Shown here: positions 56,660-64,000 of the stretch, piece after piece
Layout of the letters: each line of letters begins with the position of its first letter
Position numbering within the stretch: the first letter of the stretch is position 1
NCBI GenBank assembly: GCA_949288955.1
Contig: CASEMS010000002.1
Coordinates: forward strand, 6,490 to 70,489
Reading direction: 5' to 3'
DNA length: 64,000 nt
DNA from: an uncultured Lentisphaeraceae bacterium
Lineage (GTDB): Bacteria > Verrucomicrobiota > Kiritimatiellia > RFP12 > DVOR01
Notes under the pieces: model-generated
Database searches by the model: none
What the model was told of the DNA's origin: nothing
What the model saw: only the letters and a program-made list of their open reading frames with translations
Position numbers and translations under genes: made by a program

Positions 56660-57889
56660 ATGATCCTCGCCAACGAACACTACGGGAAGCTCCAAGCCTC
56701 CTATCTCTTCGCCAACATCGCCAAGCGCGTCAAGGCCTACCAAGAGGCCAACCCCGGCGCGGACGTCATCCGCCTGGGCATCGGCGACGTCACCCTCCCC
56801 CTCGCCCCCGCCTGCCTCGAAGCCATGCACAAGGCCGTCGACGAGCTCGGCCACGCCGCCACCTTCCGTGGCTACGGCCCCGAGCAAGGCTACGCCTTCC
56901 TCCGCGAGGCCATCGCCAAGAACGACTTCCAGGCCCGCGGCTGCGACATCCAGCCCGACGAGATCTTCGTCTCCGACGGCTCCAAGTGCGACTGCGCCAA
57001 CATCCAGGAGCTCTTCGCCGCCGAGGGGCTGCGCATCGCCATCCCCGACCCCGTCTACCCCGTCTACGTCGACACCAACGTCATGGCCGGGCGCACCGGC
57101 CCCGTGGCGGAGGGCCGCTACCAAGGCCTCCTCTACCTCGAAGGCACCGCCGCCAACGGGTTCGTCCCCGCGCCCCCCGCCGGCGCGCCCGCCGACCTCA
57201 TCTACCTCTGCTTCCCCAACAACCCCACCGGCGCCGTCGCCACCCGCGCGCAGCTCCAGGCCTGGGTGGACTACGCCCGCGCCAACAAGGCGCTCATCCT
57301 CTTCGACGCCGCCTACGAGGCCTTCATCCGCGACCCCGCCATCCCCCACTCCATCTACGAGATCCCCGGCGCGCGCGACTGCGCCATCGAGTTCCGCTCC
57401 TTCTCCAAGAAAGCCGGGTTCACCGGCGTGCGCTGCGCCTTCACCGTCGTCCCCAAGGGGCTGACCGCCTACGCCCAGGACGGCACGCCCATCCCCCTCC
57501 ACCCGATGTGGAACCGCCGCCACACCACCAAGTTCAACGGCGTCTCCTATCCCGTCCAGCGCGCCGCCGAGGCCGTCTACTCCCAGGACGGCGCCTGCCA
57601 GACCACCCAGCAGGTCGATTACTACCTCGGCAACGCCAAGCTCATCCGCGCCGGCATCCGCGCCCTCGGCCTCGACTGCGTGGGCGGCGACAACTCCCCC
57701 TATGTCTGGGTCGACGTCAAGGCCGACTCCTGGGACTTCTTCGACACCCTCCTCCACAAGGCCCAGGTCGTCACCACCCCCGGCGCGGGCTTCGGCAAAT
57801 GCGGCGAAGGCTACATCCGCATCTCCGCCTTCAACGACCGCGCCCGCGTCGAGGAGGCCATGGCCCGCATCGCCAAGGCCCTTCGCTGA
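56660..57889 (+). CDS. dapL: LL-diaminopimelate aminotransferase
   Basis: [52 protein letters not shown]. Confidence 0.95.
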   Translation: MILANEHYGKLQASYLFANIAKRVKAYQEANPGADVIRLGIGDVTLPLAPACLEAMHKAVDELGHAATFRGYGPEQGYAFLREAIAKNDFQARGCDIQPDEIFVSDGSKCDCANIQELFAAEGLRIAIPDPVYPVYVDTNVMAGRTGPVAEGRYQGLLYLEGTAANGFVPAPPAGAPADLIYLCFPNNPTGAVATRAQLQAWVDYARANKALILFDAAYEAFIRDPAIPHSIYEIPGARDCAIEFRSFSKKAGFTGVRCAFTVVPKGLTAYAQDGTPIPLHPMWNRRHTTKFNGVSYPVQRAAEAVYSQDGACQTTQQVDYYLGNAKLIRAGIRALGLDCVGGDNSPYVWVDVKADSWDFFDTLLHKAQVVTTPGAGFGKCGEGYIRISAFNDRARVEEAMARIAKALR

Positions 57890-57900
57890 ACCGTCCCAAC

Positions 57901-57927
57901 GCCCGCCGGCCCACGGCGGGCTTTTTT
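57901..57927 (+). terminator. Terminator-like hairpin between dapL and pfk
   Basis: GCCCGCCG...CGGCGGGC followed by TTTTTT. Confidence 0.65.
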
Positions 57928-57940
57928 GTTGGAGAACACC

Positions 57941-59140
57941 ATGACCGGCAACATGCTCATCGCCCAAAGCGGCGGCCCCTCGATGGTCATCAACCAAAGC
58001 CTCGTCGGCGCCGTCCTCGCCGCCAAGGCCTCCTCCAAGATCGTCGAGATCTACGGCGCGCTCCACGGCATCCAAGGCATCCTCGACGAAGCCTTCGTGG
58101 ATCTCCGCGCCGAGCCCGAGGAAGTCCTCCTCCGCGTCGCCCAGACCCCCAGCTCCGCCCTCGGCTCCGTCCGCCGCAAACCCACCCCCGAGGACTGCCG
58201 CGCAATCTTCGCCGTCCTGGCCCGCCGCGACATCCGCTACTTCTTCTACATCGGCGGCAACGACTCCGCCGAGACCGCCAACATCATCGCCGAGGAGGCC
58301 GGGCGCCAAGGCTACGACCTGCGCTGCTTCCACATCCCCAAGACCATCGACAACGACCTGCTCTGCAACGACCACACCCCCGGCTACGGCTCCGCCGCGC
58401 GCTTCGTCGCCTGCGCCGTCCGCGGGGACGACCTGGACAACCGCGCCCTCGGCGGCGTGAAGATCGACGTGATCATGGGCCGCAACGCCGGCTTCCTCAC
58501 CGCCGCCGCCGCCCTCGCCCGCCAAGACCCCGACGACGGCCCCCACCTGCTCTACTTCCCCGAGCGCCCCTTCACCCTCGACCGCTTCGTCGCCGACGTC
58601 GCCGAGTGCATGAACCGCCACGGACGCTGCGTCGTCGCCGTCTCCGAAGGCATCCGCGGCCCCGACGGGCGCCCCATCGCCGAGGCCTTCTCCACCGAGG
58701 TCGACGCGCACGGCAACCGGCAGCTCACCACCGGCGCCCTCGGCGAACGCCTCGCCGCCGCCATCCGCCAGCGCCTCAACGTCCCCCGCGTCCGCGCCGA
58801 CACCTTCGGCTTCATCCAGCGCTGCTTCGTCGGCTGCGTCTCCGAGACCGACGCCAACGAGGCCCGCCTCGTCGGCTCCGTCGCCGTCCAGGCCGCCGTC
58901 GGCGGGAAATACCAGAACGGCACGGTGACCCTCACCCGCCTCCCCGGCGCCACCTACCAGATCGACTACGCCATCGCGCCCCTCCCCGCCGTCGCCCGGA
59001 ACACCCGCTCCCTCCCCGACCGCTACATCAACCCCGAGGGCAACAACGTAACCGGCCTCTTCCTCGACTACGCCCGCCCCCTCGTCGGCCCCCTCCCCGT
59101 CACCGCCCGCCTCAACGCCCTCCGCGGCCGCAACGCCTGA
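57941..59140 (+). CDS. 6-phosphofructokinase, probably PPi-dependent
   Basis: QSGGP, GGNDS, PKTIDND, MGR. Confidence 0.88.
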   Translation: MTGNMLIAQSGGPSMVINQSLVGAVLAAKASSKIVEIYGALHGIQGILDEAFVDLRAEPEEVLLRVAQTPSSALGSVRRKPTPEDCRAIFAVLARRDIRYFFYIGGNDSAETANIIAEEAGRQGYDLRCFHIPKTIDNDLLCNDHTPGYGSAARFVACAVRGDDLDNRALGGVKIDVIMGRNAGFLTAAAALARQDPDDGPHLLYFPERPFTLDRFVADVAECMNRHGRCVVAVSEGIRGPDGRPIAEAFSTEVDAHGNRQLTTGALGERLAAAIRQRLNVPRVRADTFGFIQRCFVGCVSETDANEARLVGSVAVQAAVGGKYQNGTVTLTRLPGATYQIDYAIAPLPAVARNTRSLPDRYINPEGNNVTGLFLDYARPLVGPLPVTARLNALRGRNA

Positions 59141-59157
59141 ACGCCCCGACGACGACA

Positions 59158-59195
59158 TAAAAAAGCCCCCGCCATCAACGGCGGGGGCTTTTTTT
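59158..59195. terminator. Bidirectional terminator between convergent genes
   Basis: A-run-GCCCCCGCC...GGCGGGGGC-T-run. Confidence 0.88.
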
Positions 59196-59208
59196 GTGCC
59201 CAAGCGCG

Positions 59209-59340
59209 GCCACCCCGAAAAGGATCGGCGGCCGAGACAAAGTGGATCAGCGGCTGACCCGAGGAGGATCGGCGGCCACCCCGAGGTGGATCGGCGGCTG
59301 ACCCGAGGAGGATCGGCGGCTGAGGCAAGGTGGATCAGGG
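59209..59340 (+). repeat. 22-bp GATC tandem array (6 units); the last unit overlaps the phosphorylase stop codon
   Basis: Units at 59209, 59231, 59253, 59275, 59297 and 59319. Confidence 0.9.
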
Positions 59341-60645
59341 GCCGACCGGGAAGGCGTCGGGGAGGGTCGCGGCCACCAACGTGCGGCGAGGGGGCGGGGC
59401 GTCCGCCAAGCGGAAGGCCTTGGCGGCCTCTTCCGCCAAAGCCGAGGCGCGGGCCTCGCCGTCGGCGCAGAGCACGCAGAGCGGCGCCCCCGCCTCGACG
59501 CGCTCGCCCTGCTGGAGGAGGCCATCCACGCCCGCGGCGGGGTCGGGGGTCTCGTCCACGGCCTGGCGGCCCGCGCCCAACGCCAACGCCACGCGGCCGA
59601 TGGCCTTGGCATCCACGTGCGCCACCCAGCCCGCGCACGGCGCGCGCACCGCCACCCGGGCGCGCGCCTCCGGCAGCGGCGCATCCGGGTCGCCCCCCTG
59701 CGCCAGCGTCATCCGGCGGAAGATCGCCGCGGCCTCGCCCGAATCCAAGGCGCGCGCGGCGGCTTGGCGGGCGGCGCCCAGATCCGAAAAGCGGCCCGCC
59801 GCGTGCGCCAGGTGGGCGGCCTCCTCGATGGTCAGCGCGCGGACGTCCCACGGGCCGGCGCCCGCGAGGGTCTCCCGCGCCTCGCGCACCTCCAGCGCGT
59901 TGCCGACGGCGCGCCCGAGGGGCTGATCCATGTCGGTGAGCAAGGCGCGGCAGGTCCTCCCCAAGCGGCGCCCGGTGGCGATCAGCGCCTCGGCGAGGCG
60001 TTTGGCCTGGGGGAGGGTGCCCATGAAGGCGCCGGAGCCGAACTTGACGTCGAAGAGCAGGGTGGAGGCTCCCTCCGCGAGTTTCTTGCTCATGATGGAG
60101 GCGACGATCAGCGGCACGCTCGGCACCGTCGCCGTCACGTCGCGCAAGGCGTAAAGGCGGCGGTCGGCGGGCGCCAGGTCGTCCGTCTGGCCGATCAGGC
60201 AGCAGCCCACCTCGGCCACGATCCGGCGGAAGTCCCCCACCCCCAGGCGCACGTTGAAGCCCGGGATGCTCTCCAGCTTGTCCAGCGTCCCACCCGTCAG
60301 GCCGAGGCCCCGGCCCGAGATCATCGGCACCGCGAGGCCCAACGCCGCGCAGACCGGCGCCAACGGCAGCGAGATCTTGTCCCCCACCCCGCCCGTCGAG
60401 TGCTTGTCGGCCGTCGGCCGGCCGATCCCGTCCCACGCGAGGCAGCGCCCCGAGCGCATCATCGCGTCCGTCAGCGTCGCCGTCTCCCGCGCCGTCATCC
60501 CATTCAGGTAGACGGCCATCAGCCAGGCCGCGATCTGATAATCCGGCAGCGTCCCCTCCGTCACCCCGCGCACCCAGGCGCGCAGGGCCTCGTCGGCGTG
60601 CTCCCGGCCGTCGCGCTTCTCCTCGATAAACCACTGTGGAACCAT
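59335..60645 (-). CDS. pdp: Thymidine/pyrimidine-nucleoside phosphorylase
   Basis: DKHSTGGVGDK, SGRGLG.TGGTLDKLE, LYALRDVT, SIMSKK, DVKFGSGAF. Confidence 0.92.
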   Translation of the reverse strand: MVPQWFIEEKRDGREHADEALRAWVRGVTEGTLPDYQIAAWLMAVYLNGMTARETATLTDAMMRSGRCLAWDGIGRPTADKHSTGGVGDKISLPLAPVCAALGLAVPMISGRGLGLTGGTLDKLESIPGFNVRLGVGDFRRIVAEVGCCLIGQTDDLAPADRRLYALRDVTATVPSVPLIVASIMSKKLAEGASTLLFDVKFGSGAFMGTLPQAKRLAEALIATGRRLGRTCRALLTDMDQPLGRAVGNALEVREARETLAGAGPWDVRALTIEEAAHLAHAAGRFSDLGAARQAAARALDSGEAAAIFRRMTLAQGGDPDAPLPEARARVAVRAPCAGWVAHVDAKAIGRVALALGAGRQAVDETPDPAAGVDGLLQQGERVEAGAPLCVLCADGEARASALAEEAAKAFRLADAPPPRRTLVAATLPDAFPVGP

Positions 60646-60689
60646 GACTCCGCTCCTTTCCCGGCCCCGTCGGCCTAGCCCTATCATAA

Positions 60690-60728
60690 CAAAAAAGCCC
60701 CGCAAGTATTGCTACTTGCGGGGCTTTT
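60690..60728. terminator. Terminator downstream of tRNA-Thr
   Basis: AAAAAAGCCCCGCAAGTA-TTGC-TACTTGCGGGGCTTTT. Confidence 0.85.
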
Positions 60729-60732
60729 AAGA

Positions 60733-60809
60733 TGGAGCCAACTGACGGAATCGGACCGACGACCTGCGCATTACGAATGCGCTGCTCTACCTAGCTGAGC
60801 TAAGTTGGC
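60733..60809 (-). tRNA. tRNA-Thr(CGT)
   Basis: GCCAACT/AGTTGGC acceptor stem, GCGCA-TTCGTAA-TGCGC anticodon arm, CCA end; atypical T loop TCCGATT. Confidence 0.88.
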
Positions 60810-60956
60810 AGAACGGCGAATAGGATACCAAACGCCCGCCCGAAAGGCAATCCCCTTTTTTCGATCTGCCGCCGAATGTATTTTTTCGCTTGCCTTTTTC
60901 AGAGATTTTGAGATACTTATGCGCATTTACAAGTGCCATCGGAAGGACTGCCAAGG

Positions 60957-62654
60957 ATGATCAGGTGGAGCCAGACCCTGTTGAACACGCTGCGCGAGGC
61001 GCCGCAGGACGCCGAGATCGTCAGCCACAAGCTGATGATCCGCGCGGGCATGATGCGCAAACTCGGGGGCGGGCTGTACACCTACCTGCCGCTTGGGATG
61101 CGCGCATTGCGCAAGATCGAGGCCATCGTCCGCGAGGAGATGGACCGCGCCGGGGCGCAGGAGACGCTCTTCCCCATCCTCCAGCCCGCCGAGCTGTGGA
61201 AGCAGACGGGCCGCTGGGAGTCGATGGGCCCCGGGATGTTCCGCGTGCGGGACCGCAAGGAGGCGTGGTACGTCCTCGCCCCCACCGCCGAGGAGGCCTT
61301 CACCGCCCTGGCCAAGAGCGAGATCTCCTCCTACCGCCAGCTGCCGCGCACCATCTACCAGATGCAGGACAAGTTCCGCGACGAGATCCGCCCCCGCTTC
61401 GGCCTCATCCGCGGCAAAGAGTTCATCATGAAGGACGCCTACAGCTTCGACGCCGACGACGCGGGGGCCGACAAGAGCTACCGCGCGATGTACGAGGCCT
61501 ACGTGCGCATCTTCCGGCGCGTGGGGCTGGCGGCCAAGCCCGTCGAGGCCGACACCGGCGACATCGGCGGCAACTTCTCCCATGAGTTCATGGTCTTCGC
61601 CGCCAGCGGCGAGGATGGCATCCTCGACTGCCCCGCCTGCGGCTACGCGGCCAACCAGGAGCGCGCCGAGCGCCAAACCGCCCCCGTGCCCTACCGGGCG
61701 GAGGCCGGCGCCGCCGAGCCCGTCGCCACCCCCGGCCAGCACACCTGCGAGGAGGTGGCGCGCTTCCTCGGGCGGCCGCTCGACCAGATCGTCAAGAGCC
61801 TCGTCCTCCTCGTCGGCGGCAAGCCCGTCATGGCCCTGGTGCCCGGCGACCGCGAGCTGAGCGAGACGAAGCTGCGCCGCCTCTTCGGCGGGGCCAAGGT
61901 GGAGGAGGCCGACCCCGAGACCGTGGCGCGCCTGGCCGGCCCCGTCGGCTCCATCGGCCCCGTGGGCCTTGACCTCCCCCTCTACGCCGACCGCGCGCTC
62001 GAAGGCGCCGCCGACATGGTGGTGGGCGCGAACAAGGAAAGCTTCCACCTCATCCACGTCTCCCTGGCGCGCGACGCGAAGGTGACCGCCTACGAGGACC
62101 TGGCCACCGTCCGCGCGGGCGACCTTTGCCCGAAGTGCGGCAAGCCCCTGGAGATCCGCCGCGGCACCGAGGTGGGCCAGTGCTTCAAGCTGGGCACCAA
62201 ATACTCCGCCGCCATGGGCGCCACCTATCTGGACGAGCAGGGCACGGCCAAGCCCCTCGTGATGGGCTGCTACGGCATCGGCGTCAGCCGCACCTTGCAG
62301 GCCATCGTGGAGCAGAGCAACGACGAGCACGGCATCATCTGGCCCGCCGCCGTCGCCCCCTGCCAGGTGGCCCTGCTCATCCTCGACACGGACGTGCCCG
62401 AGGTCGTCGCCCAGGCCGAGGCCTTGGGCGCCGAATTGGAGAGGCTCGGCATCGACGTCTTCGTGGACGACCGCGCCGAGCGCCCCGGCGTGAAGTTCAA
62501 GGATGCCGACCTCATCGGCCTGCCCATCCGCGTCGTGGCCGGCGCCAAGGGCCTGGCCAAAGGCGGCTTCGAGATCCGCCGCCGCACGGAGCGCGACTCC
62601 GCCATCGTCCCCCCCGCCGAGGCCGCCCAGGCCATCGCCGGGATGCTGAACTGA
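60957..62654 (+). CDS. proS: Proline--tRNA ligase, bacterial type with INS editing domain
   Basis: SHKLMIRAG, KFRDEIRPRFGL.R.KEF.MKDAYSF, GSIGP, MGCYGIGVSR. Confidence 0.97.
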   Translation: MIRWSQTLLNTLREAPQDAEIVSHKLMIRAGMMRKLGGGLYTYLPLGMRALRKIEAIVREEMDRAGAQETLFPILQPAELWKQTGRWESMGPGMFRVRDRKEAWYVLAPTAEEAFTALAKSEISSYRQLPRTIYQMQDKFRDEIRPRFGLIRGKEFIMKDAYSFDADDAGADKSYRAMYEAYVRIFRRVGLAAKPVEADTGDIGGNFSHEFMVFAASGEDGILDCPACGYAANQERAERQTAPVPYRAEAGAAEPVATPGQHTCEEVARFLGRPLDQIVKSLVLLVGGKPVMALVPGDRELSETKLRRLFGGAKVEEADPETVARLAGPVGSIGPVGLDLPLYADRALEGAADMVVGANKESFHLIHVSLARDAKVTAYEDLATVRAGDLCPKCGKPLEIRRGTEVGQCFKLGTKYSAAMGATYLDEQGTAKPLVMGCYGIGVSRTLQAIVEQSNDEHGIIWPAAVAPCQVALLILDTDVPEVVAQAEALGAELERLGIDVFVDDRAERPGVKFKDADLIGLPIRVVAGAKGLAKGGFEIRRRTERDSAIVPPAEAAQAIAGMLN

Positions 62655-62696
62655 ACCGACACACGACAACCCGCTTAAAAAGACAAGGACATCGCC

Positions 62697-63047
62697 ATGA
62701 AGAACGCAGACACCAACCCCGCCGAGCGCATCCCCTCCACCAGCACGCGCCGTGACCTCTCGACGGTCATCGCCGCCACCCACAAGATCCCCCAGACGCT
62801 GGCCTACAAGATCATCGACACCACCTTCGAGGCCCTCCTCGCCAACCTCATCAAGAACGGGCACGTCGAGCTCCGCGGCTTCGGCGTCTTCGAGGTCGTC
62901 TCCCGCAAGGGGCGCCGCGGCCGCAACCCCAAGAAGCCCGAGCAGGAGGTCTGGATCGCCGAGCGCCGCTCCATCCGCTTCAAGCCCTCGCGCCTGCTGC
63001 GCAAGGACCTCGAGGATGCCACCCTGGCCCCGCGCCATCGCCGCTGA
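62697..63047 (+). CDS. HU/IHF-family DNA-binding protein
   Basis: VELRGFGVF...RKGRRGRNPK...FKPS. Confidence 0.9.
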   Translation: MKNADTNPAERIPSTSTRRDLSTVIAATHKIPQTLAYKIIDTTFEALLANLIKNGHVELRGFGVFEVVSRKGRRGRNPKKPEQEVWIAERRSIRFKPSRLLRKDLEDATLAPRHRR

Positions 63048-63134
63048 GTCCCGAACCCCGACCCCCCGGCGCGGCTCCCGCGGCACGGCGGGGCCGCGCC
63101 CTTCGTTTCATCCCTCCCACCCCGGATCGCACCC

Positions 63135-64000
63135 ATGAGCACCGTCACCTTCGACGCCCCGCGCGGCATGCGCGACTTCTACCCCGAGGACATGGCCTGG
63201 CGCAACCGCGTCTTCGACGCCTGGCGCGCCGCCGCCGAGCGCTTCGGCTTCCAGCCCTACGACGCCTGCGTCGTGGAATCCCTTGAGCTGCTCCAGCGCA
63301 AGAGCGGCGAGGAGGTCTCCGAGCAGATCTATGCCTTCCAGGACAAGTCCGGGCGCAACCTGGCCCTCCGCCCCGAGATGACCCCCACCCTCGCGCGCAT
63401 GGTCGCCGCCCGCCAAAGCCGCCTCCACTTCCCCATCAAATGGTCGGCCATCGCCCAATGCTTCCGCTACGAGCGCATGACCCGTGGCCGCAAGCGCGAG
63501 CACTACCAGCTGAACCTCGACATCGTCGGCACCGAGGACACCCTGGCCGAGGCCGAGCTCCTCGGCGCCGCCGCCACGGCCGTCCGCCTCATGGGCCTGC
63601 CCGACGAGGCTTGGCGCATCCACGTCTCCAGCCGCGCGCTCCTGGGCGAGCTCCTGGCCCAAAGTGGCATCCCCGCCGACCAGCACACCGCCGTCTTCAT
63701 GGCGCTCGACAAGCGCGGCAAAATCCCCGACGAGGAGATCGCCGCGATCCTCCGCGCGGGCGGCCTCTCCCAAGAGGCCGTCGACGCCGCCTTCCGCCTG
63801 CTGGCCGTGGACAGCCTGGAGGCCGCCGCCGCGCTCGTCGGCCCCGACTCCCCGGCCATCGCGGCTCTCCGCGCCCTCCACGCCCACGCCGCGCGCATGG
63901 GCTACGCGCACCTGCTCCAATTCGACATCGCCGTCATCCGCGGCCTCTCCTACTACACCGGCATCGTCTTCGAGGCCTTCGACGCCCAGCGGCGCTTCCG
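63135..64000 (+). CDS. hisS: Histidine--tRNA ligase, partial (runs off the right edge)
   Basis: PRGMRDFYP, LALRPEMTP, FRYER..RGRKREHYQ, IRGLSYYTG. Confidence 0.95.
   Translation, partial: MSTVTFDAPRGMRDFYPEDMAWRNRVFDAWRAAAERFGFQPYDACVVESLELLQRKSGEEVSEQIYAFQDKSGRNLALRPEMTPTLARMVAARQSRLHFPIKWSAIAQCFRYERMTRGRKREHYQLNLDIVGTEDTLAEAELLGAAATAVRLMGLPDEAWRIHVSSRALLGELLAQSGIPADQHTAVFMALDKRGKIPDEEIAAILRAGGLSQEAVDAAFRLLAVDSLEAAAALVGPDSPAIAALRALHAHAARMGYAHLLQFDIAVIRGLSYYTGIVFEAFDAQRRF

Overview
A high-GC bacterial chromosome segment. The diderm markers (lpxD, lpxL-like), single-chain GlyRS, a planctomycete-type ECF sigma with Ser/Thr kinase and prepilin-like genes suggest a PVC-superphylum organism, possibly Kiritimatiellota or Lentisphaerota; this is an inference. 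It is mostly housekeeping: lpxD, aconitase, pssA/psd, folP-cdaA-cdaR, glyQS, ruvB, murD, folC, purH-like, dapL, pfk, pyrimidine-nucleoside phosphorylase, proS, HU, partial hisS and 5 tRNAs. Glycan-use genes include GH89, a GH123-like gene, kdgK-uxuAB fusion-uxaC-eda and nanA-AGE. Accessory content includes a Type III restriction-modification pair with a low-GC target-recognition domain and a long structured leader, and an sbcD(C) deletion remnant. The least explained structure is non-coding. Modular intergenic repeats (22-bp GATC arrays, CCAAACYT 8-mer arrays, an 81-bp branched palindrome, ~190-bp units) recur at several loci, almost always in the same chromosomal orientation. There is also a saw-tooth C-to-G skew switch at most transcription-unit boundaries and around the methyltransferase TRD. 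No CRISPR array, rRNA, transposase or integrase was seen. All calls come from reading motifs by eye; no database searches were run.
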